Numbered from the stretch's first letter, positions 26,201 to 36,415 are shown. The stretch: 64,000 nt of DNA from Eledone cirrhosa (GCA_964016885.1 OZ024741.1:368032001-368096000); one strand, 5' to 3'. Notes: a model not told the origin generated them from the letters alone. Program-made: numbers and translations.

Positions 26201-27181
26201 TATAGTCACTGTCGGTTATTTGGGAGGTAGTGAGCATCAGTGTCTCATAGAATCTGTCTTTTATGGTGCCGGGCAGTCCGGATTGGGGTGCGTACGCGGA
26301 TATTACTGTCACCGTAGTTCTATTGAGGACAAGTCTTATTTTAATTATTCTGTCGTTCACTCTATTTACGTCTATTATCTTATCTGCCCACTTTTCTGCT
26401 ACCATGATTCCTACTCCACCCAGCCCATTGTCATTTCCCACCCAGAAAAGCTTATAGCATCGTTTTCTACCCACAATGTATCTAGCAGATCCACCCCTCC
26501 ACCTGGTCTCTTGGATACAACAAACATCGACCTCCTTACGTTCAAGCATTTCTACAACCTCGTTAGAGCGACCCTTTAAGGTGCCTACATTCAAGGTACC
26601 AAATCTGAAGTTTTGGATTGCGTTTGGGGGGTTGGAAAGGTGGGGAACGGGGGGAGATGGGGTTATGTTAGCCATCCGCGGCCGAAACAAAGAGGCATGC
26701 TCGCATTTTCGTCCTCGAGGTGTGATTGTCTTTAACTTTGGCATTCTCGCTGAGCGTCCAGATTTTTCTCTCTTCAACTCTCCGGAACTCCGTAGTCCTA
26801 CCATCCTACATATCGAAGGCGACCAGGTAAACGATAGTATAGGCCTCTGGCTTATGATTGGTCCACGTGATAATAATGGTGGTGTGTGGGGGCGGGAGGG
26901 AGGGGTGTTGAGTTGTGAGCGAGAAGATAGGTTTTAAGTGAGAACCCCGTATTAACGAACAAAAATACAAGGTTTGTTTAGTAAATATACGACAAAAACT
27001 CCGTATTTTTACAATCAAGACAGAAATACAAGAGATTTGTTTTGGAAAATACATGGGGAATGGAAAGAGGATAGAAAAAAATGCTGTTTGAAGGGCTGAC
27101 TACGGAGTTAGGCGTATGTTAGAAGAGGTGGAAAAATGAGTACATTACATTTTAACCATGAATGGATGAAGTTACAGCCAC
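23205..27181 (-). mobile_element. apparently full-length RTE-clade LINE
   Basis: About 380-nt 5'UTR, single 1080-aa ORF, about 340-nt 3'UTR ending in (GAT)n; atatatcatcatc occurs at both ends as probable TSD. Confidence 0.9.
23562..26804 (-). CDS. LINE ORF: AP endonuclease + reverse transcriptase + PHD-type zinc finger
   Basis: APE motifs TLNVGTL, CIQETRW, SAYAPQ, AGDLNGHVG, DYIL; RT motifs NYRGIKL, QFGF, FVDLEKAFD, VHQGSVLS, YADD, FRYLG; RTE C-terminus RRLRWYGHVMRM...GRPRKTW; no stops or frameshifts. Confidence 0.93.
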   Translation of the reverse strand: MVGLRSSGELKREKSGRSARMPKLKTITPRGRKCEHASLFRPRMANITPSPPVPHLSNPPNAIQNFRFGTLNVGTLKGRSNEVVEMLERKEVDVCCIQETRWRGGSARYIVGRKRCYKLFWVGNDNGLGGVGIMVAEKWADKIIDVNRVNDRIIKIRLVLNRTTVTVISAYAPQSGLPGTIKDRFYETLMLTTSQITDSDYIIIAGDLNGHVGQHCDGYDEIHGGYGFGTRNEEGSRILEFCDANNLTICNTNFKKRDNHLITYRSGEHTSQVDYILTRRRDKVTVVNTKSLPHEECTSQHRLIISDLIVRTRRTRQQKRTILRRKIWKLKDPTAKSKFQSILLDAFDSEEEQLETYKVEEQWEFLKANLLTAADEVCGWSRPVGRRRVTWWWNSKVEGSIKAKKQAWKVWRDGRSREDYQVARREARTQVYFARREAEERKFKHVLQRDDQKREVFRIARQCVKENSDIVGEKCVLNDDGILAITDADKKVAWKCHYERLLNEENKWEKDSLPHIDPIEGPAVLVEGSIISKAIKDMKTGKAAGPSEIVAEMLKASGTVGHTMVTRIVNQVIQNGVVPKDWRSSIIVNCYKGKGDALDRSNYRGIKLIDQVMKVTEKVIAQLIRERIDLDEMQFGFVSGKSTTDALFIVRQLQEKYLAKSKPLYLAFVDLEKAFDRVPHSIIWWALRKLGVDEWLVRAIQAMYKETVSKVRINNEYSEEFSVKVGVHQGSVLSLLLFIIALQAITVEFKTGCPWELLYADDLTLIAESMAELEKKFQTWKHGLESKGLKINLAKTKVLVCKKENKAAVPSGKWPCAECRKGVGRNSILCLKCKVWVHKRCSGITGKLTKNIDFTCGRCSGDISSSKCPQNTSSFNCAEGSIEIVDSFRYLGDKISSGGGCSESTVARVRTGWKKFRELIPLLAAKGFSLKMKGRLYDACIRTAMLHGSETWALYAEDIRRLERNEACMLCWMCNSNIRERQSINELRKKLEIRGIRCCLLERRLRWYGHVMRMKDDSCITKCRAIKIDGSHGIGRPRKTWDELINTDLTHLHLTKTMSLDRDLWRYSVIEKTRLASRHL

Positions 27182-27189
27182 ATATATAT

Positions 27190-27191
27190 AT

Positions 27192-27227
<36 letters not shown>

Positions 27228-27310
27228 TTCGTTTAACGTCTATCTTCCACGCTAGCATGGGTTAGACGGGAGATCTCCCACTTGGGGCAAGGTTGGTCGG
27301 GTGACCGTGT
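27190..27310 (-). mobile_element. short 3' end of an older RTE-family copy
   Basis: (ATC)n followed by gtttaacgtctatcttccacgctagcatgggttagacggg, similar to 23213-23270. Confidence 0.7.
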
Positions 27311-27493
27311 TTCACTCATTATATGTGTGTGTGTCTGTTACAGAATTAATTATCAATTTGTATCTTATGTATGTGTTCTTTATATGTTTAGCCATTACAA
27401 GCCTGCGTATCTAGCCACTTATCTCCTTCCCTACACAAAATAAATCAACATTTATCTGTTTTTTTAGTTGATTGACAGTAGTGGCAAAATTAA

Positions 27494-27727
27494 CCCTTTT
27501 GTTACCAAATCACATGAAACAGCTTTGATTCTATGATATAAAATTGTTTATTTTAAATTGTTAATATTTATCTAAAATCTTTCCATCAGATCCTTTGTTA
27601 AGTTATGTTTCAAACACTAAATTAATAATGAGAAAGTTATTATTAAATCTCTCCAAATTTTCGATTATTTTCAAAAGGATTTTAAAATCATAGGCAGTTT
27701 TTCATTAGAAATATGGTAACAAAAGGG
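27494..27727. mobile_element. piggyBac-like MITE family 2
   Basis: TTAA TSD, TIR CCCTTTTGTTACCA / TGGTAACAAAAGGG; relatives ~7000-7247, 41640-42001, 42105-42360, 45658-45895, 53494-53670, 53939-54182. Confidence 0.8.
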
Positions 27728-27798
27728 TTAATAAATGTTCTCTCCCACAGAGATATGTGACATATATTAATTCTGTAAATATCTGTTGTCTTTACCAG

Positions 27799-27840
27799 GA
27801 TTTAAATGCACAGAAAGAACTCACAGAATCTGAACTTAGG
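27799..27840 (+). CDS. PLEKHD1: PLEKHD1-like exon 10 (42 nt)
   Basis: tttaccag / AGG|gtaagt; DLNAQKELTESELR (cf. ELTAEKQQAERELK). Confidence 0.88.
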
Positions 27841-28610
27841 GTAAGTCACTATATTTTATGAAAAAAGTTCTGTCCCCTGTATCTCCATACATTTCCAAGC
27901 AAAGAGTAGATCATATGATGCCTGGGGACATGAAAAAGCACCCAGTCAACTCTGTAAGGTGGTCGTGCTGGTGACATGATGAAAAAGCACCTACTCCTCC
28001 TTGTAAGGTGGTCATGCTGGTGACACAACAAAAAGCACTCAGTTCACCCTATAAGGTGGTTTCCCTGGAGACAACAAAAAACCACCCAGTCCACCCTGTT
28101 AGATGGTCGTTTTGGTGCTACAATAAAAAGTACCGAGTTCACACTGTAACATGGTTGGCATTAGTAGCCCTGCTTGTGTGTGTGTATAACATTATTTTTA
28201 TGTTTAAGGGCGGTGGATTGGCAATATCAGTAGAGGGTCAGGCACCATGCTTTGACGCATAGAGTTACGGCCCTTTCCATTCTGAGTTCAAATCTCGCCG
28301 AGGTCAACTTGGCCTTTCATCCTTACGGGGTCAATAAAATAAAGTACCAGTAATGTACTGGGTAATTGCTGGCCTTGTGCCAAAAGTAGAAACAATTATT
28401 TTTATGTCTACTTTTCTATGCTGTCATAGGTTGCATGGGACATTTTAGGAGCATTTGTTTTTTTACAACCAGATGCCCTTCCTGAGTCCAACCCTTTTAG
28501 TCACCTCATACAGCATGCAGGGATACAGAGTACCTTTTCTAAGAACCAGGATACATAGGGAACATATGTACTTGTGTGCATTTGTATATTTGTGATTTTA
28601 TTTTTTACAG

Positions 28611-28761
28611 GAAGAAATTTTGGCTCGGATTGATGCCGAGAGGCGACTAAAGAAGGCTGAACAGTCATTAGAATACCTTGATCAAGCTGTTACTGCTGAA
28701 ACTATAAATATTGAAGAAGGAGTTCGAGAAGGAATGATAGTCAATGTTGGAATGTTAAAAA
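28611..28761 (+). CDS. PLEKHD1: PLEKHD1-like exon 11
   Basis: ttttacag / gtagag (weak donor); EEILARIDAERRLKKAEQSLEYLDQAV...MIVNVGMLK. Confidence 0.88.
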
Positions 28762-28854
28762 GTAGAGTTTTCTTTGTTTTATTTACTTATTTTTACTTTG
28801 AAATTAAAAACAATTTAGAAGGAATTTGTAGTTTACTTGAAGCATTGTATATGG

Positions 28855-29150
28855 TATAAAGAATTCGAAGTTTGAAAGCCACAACAGTAATTAAATTATA
28901 AGAAACAGGGCATGCTTTGTTACCTTAATTTATTCATATATCCTGATATTTCGAGATTAATATCTCTTCTCAGGAAAATAAAGTAACTATTCCAGTATCC
29001 GATGTGGCTTGCTAGACCATGCCTGCCAGCATCGAAATATCAGGACATATGAATAAATTAAGGTAAAAAAACAAACCCTGTTTCTTACAATTTAATTATT
29101 CTCTGTCGAAATCTGCATTGTCGTGACTTTCAAACTTTGAATTCTTTATA
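28855..29150. repeat. fold-back/MITE, ~100-bp inverted arms
   Basis: 28855-28953 pairs with 29032-29150. Confidence 0.8.
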
Positions 29151-29469
29151 AAAAAAAATTGTCATTTCTATTTATTGGAAATTTTAAAAAATAATTTGTT
29201 TATTCTTTGTGCAATAATTGCTTCAGATTGCAGCATTAGAAAAATATACTGTAAAATATTAATGTATAATTTGTATAATTTGTAGTGGTAAATAACTTAC
29301 AGCTCCATTTTACATAACATTTACAATCTACAGTAATATTTTAAATTATGGTCTTGTAGATCCAGTAGATAAGTTACATACTAGTTTTTCATGTAATTTT
29401 GTGGACAAAGATGTGGCTTATACACAAGTGTGTATATATATATATATTTGGTCTTAATTGGCAGCATCT

Positions 29470-29825
29470 CTGAGACATGAGTCCTCCTGCACTGGGTGGC
29501 ACATTGGGCAACAAACCTCTTTCAGTGCACATGATCCACTGCTTCTCTTTTGCATCCATTCCAATTGATATGACGGCCTTTAGATAATCTTGAAATATCT
29601 GCCACCAAGTGATCTTCAGTCTGCCCCTTTTCTATTCGCCTCCAGGAAGAGTCCAAGTCATTGCTGTTTTCAAGTGCCATTGATTGGATAGATGGAGAAT
29701 GTGGCCAGCCAGGTGGAACCGTCTCTCCGTAATTATTTCCTCTAGCAATCATGGGATCTCTTCATTTGCAATTCAGCCTTGCCAGATAACCTTCATGATC
29801 TTTGATGGAATGCATTCAGATTGGC
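29470..29825 (-). mobile_element. old degraded RTE-like LINE 3' fragment
   Basis: Decayed C-terminal RTE-like coding remnant; weak similarity only. Confidence 0.4.
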
Positions 29826-29947
29826 AGCATAACAATCCCCCCCCCCCTCCCCCCCTCAAAAATGAATACACTATTTACCGTGATATTTATAGATCCCCTA
29901 CCAACCAGCTGAATCTGAACTAATCATCTGTAAATTTTCTTTTGCAG

Positions 29948-30085
29948 GTTTCTTTGAGGATCTTGCAGCAGAATCCAGGATCGATGCCAACAAACCAGTT
30001 GTGATAAAAAATATGGTCCATGCTCGAAAAACACTCACAAGGAAAGCAAACACACTAAAATTTGAAAAGAGAAGAAGATCATGTA
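29948..30085 (+). CDS. PLEKHD1: PLEKHD1-like exon 12
   Basis: ttttgcag / gtaagt; (S)FFEDLAAESRIDANKPVVIKNMVHARKTLTRKANTLKFEKRRRSC (cf. [24 protein letters not shown]); ends in phase 1. Confidence 0.9.
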
Positions 30086-30387
30086 GTAAGTTATATTATC
30101 AACATTATCAATATATGTACATTATCATATATATATATATTATCCTTAACAGTATGTATATTGCCATATATATATTATCAAAATTTTCAGTATATGTATA
30201 TTATCATGTATATATTATTGACATAGTCAATATAATGGGTTAGACAGGATATTTTGGGGCAATGTCTTACAGACTGATGTCCTTCATGACACCAAACCTT
30301 TTAGTCACCTCTTGCGACACACAGGGATATGGTGTACCTATTTTAAAAACTGGGATACACACAGGAAGGGATATGGGAATACTCTAT

Positions 30388-30419
<32 letters not shown>

Positions 30420-30467
30420 TTATAAAAATAGACAAAGAAGCCTTCAATACATCAAAAGTCTTCATTA

Positions 30468-30508
30468 GCCTACAATGTTTCGTCCCATTAATCAGGACTC
30501 ATCAGGGC
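30468..30508 (-). ncRNA. type I minimal hammerhead ribozyme
   Basis: Minus strand: GCC CTGATGA GTCCT gattaat GGGAC GAAAC att GTA GGC; intact core, stems I and II, GUA triplet. Confidence 0.8.
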
Positions 30509-32141
30509 AAGTAAACAGATAAGAAGCATTAACGGCCAGAACTAAACAAAACTCAGAAGAATAGGGAATTCATATCCATGAAAGCTTATGAGAGATATGA
30601 AGGAAAAGCATGCTAAAGCAAAAAGTGTGCAGTTACAAATATAGACTATAGGGCAATAAAGCGATTAAAATGTCAAACCAACGTTGAAATTACAGTATAA
30701 GACAAATACATTAAATACAACATGTAATACAATGTGAGAATTACAATATAATGGGTAATAAGAAATATAAAGCTTAATATATGTATTTATATGTATATCC
30801 ATATATATACACATTTACACAAACACATATATTATACTCTCTATAATATAAAAATCACCCTGACGGTGCGCATAAACTATACAAAAAATAAACTATACAA
30901 AATAATAAGCTATACAAAAAAATAATAGAATTATATACTGACATCAAAAAATATATACAAAACTACATCATATATATCACTTAATGTCAACAAATTATAT
31001 ATAAAGTTTTTCACAGGGTAAAAATATCATAAAACTGAAGTATATTGAAAAAAGTATCATAAAACTGAAGTATATTGAAAAAGTACATATATATATAAAT
31101 ACATAGAGTAATGATAATAAATATACAGAGGTATATGGAGTTTACATTCATAAAATATTACAAAATATTACAAACCAGTACCTTAAATATCTGACATATA
31201 TTAATACGTATAATACAATTACATAGAAATAATATGATATATAAATGTTAATATTATAATAATATAATAATATAAAAGTATATAATTGCAGACAGACAGA
31301 GTCAATGGAAAATGTTTGAGAGATATTTACGTGATTAATATATTAATGTAGGGAGGCATGTTATGATGCAAAGCATATTATAGGAAGACAAACAGCAAGT
31401 GGTGGTAAAGAAATAATGATGATGATATGAGGACAGACAGCATGTGGTAGTAAAAAACAAAATAAAACGAAATACAAAAACAAAAACAAGCACAGTTAAG
31501 TAGGTATAACGATTTATTATGTAAATATAGATGTTATTATTCTAAACTAAAGAATTGAATAGAAAACCTTATTAAATTAATTAATATTAAAATTGCTTAA
31601 AAAATATTATTGGTCGCTTCATATGGAATAAAGTTTAAGTCATCAAAGTCGTATAAAATTAGGATATTTCAATAAAAGCTATAATATAATATATATTACG
31701 ATCCGTTCGGACGAATTACGTTATCAAAGAAAAAACTCTAAATATAACTATGGTAGACCAATGGGAACAGAAAGAAGTGAAACTATGGAGGATAGGAAGG
31801 ATCATAAAAGTAAAAATTAATATATATTATAATATAATAAAAAGGAGTATGAAAGTAGAATTTATATATAATATAATAAAAAGGGGCGAATATTAAGTGT
31901 GGAAAGGAGGAGGTTCGTTAGTTTTAGATGTAGGAGACTCAAAACTAAACTATTCAATAAGATACAAACTTACAAGGCGATAATATTGAGTAAAAATGTA
32001 ATAATGTTTAAGATGATAGGTATGGTAAGGTAGCTAATAAGACTATGAAAACTAAAATTCGAAAATCGAAACAACTGAAGAAAATTAATAATAAAGGTAA
32101 TAATAATGAACTAAATCCAAAGAGAAAGGGAAATATAGTAG

Positions 32142-33254
32142 CTAATGGATACGGTTTAAACTACCAGAACTTTTAGGTCTATAATAGAAGAAAGAATTAG
32201 AAATGGCATGCGGACAGGAAGAAAATATCTCAGATTTTCTATTAAGCAATATGCTCCTAGAGAAAATTATAGAATGGGTCTCTAGGATACAAAGATTACA
32301 GAATTTAGTGTGTGTTGCTAGGTGATTAGAGTGTGCTACTATTCGCCAATTTAGGCTATATGGTATACCAGCCCCTTTTAAATCCCAGATGTGGTGTGCC
32401 AAAGAAGTAGAGTTCTTAAACTTGATATGCTTAAAATTAGAAATATGTGAATTAAACCTAGTTTTAAAAGTATTAGATGTGGAGCCTATATAAGTGCTAC
32501 AAGAAGAATTAGTTTTAACTTCACATGCATAAACAATGTTCCTAGAGAGGCAGTGACCATTTAAAGGGCAGTTATTATTTACTCTACAGTTACACTTCCA
32601 GGTACTAGTGGTTAGCTGATTACGCGATGCATTATTTCTAGGGTTATTATAAGATAAGATCTGCTCGGGCGGTAAGTTATCAATAGAGCTATCTAGATTA
32701 ACAGTACGCAAAGAGGAGTAGCTATCCCTAATTTTCCTATTGTTAGTGCTAGCTAGATGAGAATTAATGTTAGGGGTGGTAGAGAAGGAGAGTTTAATTA
32801 CGTTTTTATTAAATATACCATGATATTTATTAATAGGAGGGAAATTTTTCTCTAAAATAGAAAAGAAAGACCTAGGGATATTAGTTAATACTTCATGATC
32901 AAAAGGCGGGTTAAAGTAAGTATTGAGTCTCCTCCTATTCTTAGCTTTACTATCTCTACCGTGATCTGGTATCCTATTAATAGGATCAGGGTTAATACGA
33001 GGACCAGTTGAATTAACACTATTAGAAGCAGTTAAAACATTACCACTGGGTGAACGTTCAGAGCATCTATCCTGCTCCCTAGAACTGATCTCGAAATGTG
33101 TACCATTAGACTCACTAATCCGACTACTATTTCGGTAGCTAAACTTGGGGTTCGGTTTGGATATATCTATAATATTTCTATGATTCCTATGTTTTCTACT
33201 CCCATTCAAGGCCATATTATGGGATATTACGTTATTATGGGTAGTCGGAGTCAT
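32142..33254 (-). CDS. PLE linker + GIY-YIG endonuclease (RT lost by 5' truncation)
   Basis: YFNPPF...IFNKNVIKLSFS; CNC..CPLNGHCL..NIVY..YIGST..FKTRFNSH..TSLAHHIW..CNLCILE..LLNRKSE..CPH. Confidence 0.8.
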   Translation of the reverse strand: MTPTTHNNVISHNMALNGSRKHRNHRNIIDISKPNPKFSYRNSSRISESNGTHFEISSREQDRCSERSPSGNVLTASNSVNSTGPRINPDPINRIPDHGRDSKAKNRRRLNTYFNPPFDHEVLTNIPRSFFSILEKNFPPINKYHGIFNKNVIKLSFSTTPNINSHLASTNNRKIRDSYSSLRTVNLDSSIDNLPPEQILSYNNPRNNASRNQLTTSTWKCNCRVNNNCPLNGHCLSRNIVYACEVKTNSSCSTYIGSTSNTFKTRFNSHISNFKHIKFKNSTSLAHHIWDLKGAGIPYSLNWRIVAHSNHLATHTKFCNLCILETHSIIFSRSILLNRKSEIFSSCPHAISNSFFYYRPKSSGSLNRIH

Positions 33255-33639
33255 TCCAAGGTTGTCCTCCTTATAATGTATTTTACCAGAGTAACCAGAG
33301 TCAGCTAGGGCGTTATTATAATACTCTGCATGTGAATTAAAGATTCCTATATCCTAGCATTTTTCGGCTCTGTTGTATTACATTGAGCTATACCCTATAC
33401 TGTCATCTCTATAATACGATGAGTGTGTTTTACTCCAACGCACTCTAGTATTTTAATTCTTATATATATATATATATATATAAAATGTAGAATTCTAATA
33501 TCAATTCTCAAAGGAGAGTAGAGAAATAGACTTATAGAGTGTACTTGCCAGCTTTACAGAGAAGGGATAGCTCTATGCTTATATCATACATATAAGAGTT
33601 AAAAGAAGATAGAGGTTTAAGCGTGGAAAAAATTAGTGC

Positions 33640-34620
33640 TACATTTAGGAATAAGCAGTGTATGCACATTCAAAAGTATTAAAGGAAAATCAATCTCCTT
33701 TCATAACTACATCAGAGCAACATTGACTAGTTTTAAGAATAGATGGTACAATCATCGCCACTCCTTTAATCGGATGGATAAAAGACGAGCACGGCACTAT
33801 CCGAACTCATATGGATGCTAAAACAGAACCATGTACAATATTGACTGTCTTGGCGCACACTCGCAAAAGCATTTCCATATGTAAGTGAATCTCTTTCATA
33901 CAGCTGCAATCTTTGCACAACTGAAACTCTACACATTATTACTAGGGCATATCAGGTTATTAACAAATACTCTGACCTATTTAATACTTCCATAAAATAT
34001 CTAAAACTTTCCAGATATTATATAGTTAGCATATTCCGCAGACATTAACCTCCACCTACACTTTAACATAACCACTAAACCTAAAAATTCAGTGTATCTT
34101 GAATCTCCTTTTCTAATAACGCATAGTCCAGAAATACAAATACATAGTCTTAAGATTAAACAAATAAATAAGCATATTATTGGAACCAATTATTTAACAT
34201 TTAATACCTTAACCTTTTTATCATACCAAGAATTTCAGCAAGAATAGCATCTCCTGCATTCTATCTGCCTACTATGATAGCCAGCCAAATCATATGACTA
34301 CTGGAGAGAACTGCTACCATAATGCTAATAACTCTAGTATCATATCAAAAACAAATTACCACAACTTTGCATCTGCCTGAAGAGAACACGTCAAAGGGTT
34401 ATTATGCAATCACTTTAATGTCTTTGAAATGTGTATTACAGAATTATATCATAAACAGGGGATGTACATTTAAAACTGTCTCTCTTTTTTATAATATTGA
34501 CACTCCGGTTGATACCTTATTGATAACACTTTAAGGAATACAAGTCATAGAGTGCTTTACGTCTGTTTATGACCAAAGTTGGTGAATTATTTGATCAACC
34601 AACTTTCCTAAATTGAATAA
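33640..34620 (+). mobile_element. degenerate Penelope-like GIY-YIG fragment and 3' region
   Basis: Frameshifted YIRATLTSFKNRWYNHRHSF / TALSELIWMLK..LSWR..AKAFPY..CNLCTTE; possible decayed hammerhead core CTGAAGA...GAAA at 34377-34429. Confidence 0.7.
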
Positions 34621-34734
34621 TATATATATATTTATATTAAAGCATAATTTTGGTTAAAAATATAATTAGATATTCATTGTCTCAGCTATTCTAGGATGTT
34701 TTAAGATAATATTTGGTTGGTATATTTCATTCAA

Positions 34735-34837
<103 letters not shown>

Positions 34838-34890
34838 TTGCATTATTACAAGGTATGTCACTAATTATTTATAAAGCAGCTTATGTATTG

Positions 34891-34956
34891 TATTTTGTCT
34901 GAGGAAGGCATAACATATTTTTAATATGATATCCCAGAAATATATATAACGAAATA
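34891..34956 (+). ncRNA. type I hammerhead-like motif, partly degenerate
   Basis: TATTTTGT CTGAGGA [aggcataacatatt...aatatgatatccca] GAAA tatat ATA ACGAAATA; 8-bp stem I, mismatched base of stem II. Confidence 0.55.
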
Positions 34957-34993
34957 AATATGGTTTTATAAATATAGTTTCCATTTGTTTAAT

Positions 34994-35043
<50 letters not shown>

Positions 35044-35049
35044 AGTATG

Positions 35050-35640
35050 TAAAAGGTAAACAGAAATAACAACACAATCGGTACAGTATATGGAAGGGAT
35101 ATTTTAGGTTAACGCTTGATATAGCAGGAAGGAGGTCTTAACGTTTCGGACGCTAGTCTTTCGTCAGAAGAAAGAATGAGAAATAAGATAGATTGAGGGG
35201 ACGGGCGGGATGGAATTGGAAAAAATGTCTTTAGATTCATGTTGACATACATCTCTTGCAAAACTGTCGTGTTTTGGTGAAGATGAGGTTGGAGAGATGC
35301 AGGAAGGATTGGATGAATATAGGGGGGAGAGGTTGGAGGAAGCGCTTGAGAGTAGAATGGAGCTGGCGGAGAAAAGATTTGAGATTGGGCATATTGAAGG
35401 TACTAATGTGGGATTGAAAAATAGACGGGTGAGAAGAAGGTGGTGTAAGAAGATTGTAGTAGAGGAAAAGTGGTAGAGAGTCGTGGAATATTTAAATGCA
35501 AAAAGCAAAGGAAATTTCAAAGATACGAAAGATTTCCTGGTGGAAGTTCAGGTGTACTCCGGGTTGGTATCCAGTTTTGAGGTGAAAATCCAATCAGAAA
35601 ATCCAACGAATTTTGAGAGGTCCACGTAAGCGTTGATATA
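35050..35640 (-). mobile_element. non-coding PLE pseudo-LTR-like fragment in (TA)n
   Basis: Carries the hammerhead at 35136-35171; terminus aaaaggtaaacagaaataacaacacaatcggta recurs at ~35657 and ~47395, each beside (TA)n. Confidence 0.55.
35136..35171 (-). ncRNA. type I minimal hammerhead ribozyme
   Basis: Minus strand: TCTT CTGACGA aagac tagc gtcc GAAAC GTT AAGA; palindromic AACGTT stem III. Confidence 0.65.
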
Positions 35641-35754
35641 TATATATATATGTATATAAAAGGTAAACAAAAATAACAACACAATCGGTAAACTAAAATC
35701 CAAAGAGGGCTCAATAAAGATAAATATATATCAAATATATAAGAACCCTAGAGC

Positions 35755-36335
35755 AAATATTTATTAAAATAACAGATTAAAGTTTAAGCAAAGAATCGCT
35801 GCTTTCACCCTTAACGGGATCTTCTGAAACTAAAAGAAATCAATCTGTGAATGCAGAAGTAAATATTTCGAAAAAAGTTGCAACCAAAAGAAAACAGGAA
35901 GACGATACTTTGGTTCGTGAAGACGTTCCCTGGCAAGGCAAAACCTCCTTTGTGGTATAAATGGAGTCATTAGACTAATATTCTATTTAGGAAACCGAAT
36001 GATTCTTGGCTTCGGAGTTAAGAATAATGTAAATAAATTAATTGAACGAAAATGACAGAGGTTATTATAGTCTAATGACTCCATTTATACCATAAATGTG
36101 GTTTTGTCTTTGTGCGTAATTGTTTTCATCGCTCCACATAACGACATATTATCTTTGCTTTTTTCCGTTCATTGCCAGGGAACGTCTTCACGAACCAAAG
36201 TATCGTCTTCCTGTTTTCCTTCGGTTGCAACGTTTTTCGAAATATTTACTTCTGCGTTCACAGATTGATTTTTTAGTTTCACAAGATCCTGTTAAGGGTG
36301 AAAGCAACGATTCTTTGTTTAAACTTTAATCTGTT
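35755..36335. repeat. fold-back element, ~200-bp inverted arms
   Basis: 35775-35980 pairs with 36063-36335; one arm end also at 23126-23204. Confidence 0.85.
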
Positions 36336-36378
36336 GCAAGCAGGGAAGAGCAGATGTAAAATGATGATGATGATGATG

Positions 36379-36410
<32 letters not shown>

Positions 36411-36415
<5 letters not shown>

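Larger units (their letters stand above)
30422..33353 (-). mobile_element. 5'-truncated Penelope-like element (C-terminal GIY-YIG EN; probably Hydra-like clade)
   Basis: Thumb remnant IFNSHAEYYNNALADSGY in frame upstream of ORF 32142-33254; long AT-rich 3' region ending near a hammerhead motif and (TA)n. Confidence 0.8.

Noticed and set aside
23854-26937. Plus-strand ORFs overlapping the LINE
   Set aside because: Antisense shadows of the long RTE ORF with no recognisable motifs.
32142-33254. Stand-alone GIY-YIG gene or homing endonuclease
   Set aside because: An in-frame PLE thumb remnant upstream and a hammerhead-bearing tail downstream explain it as a truncated Penelope-like element.
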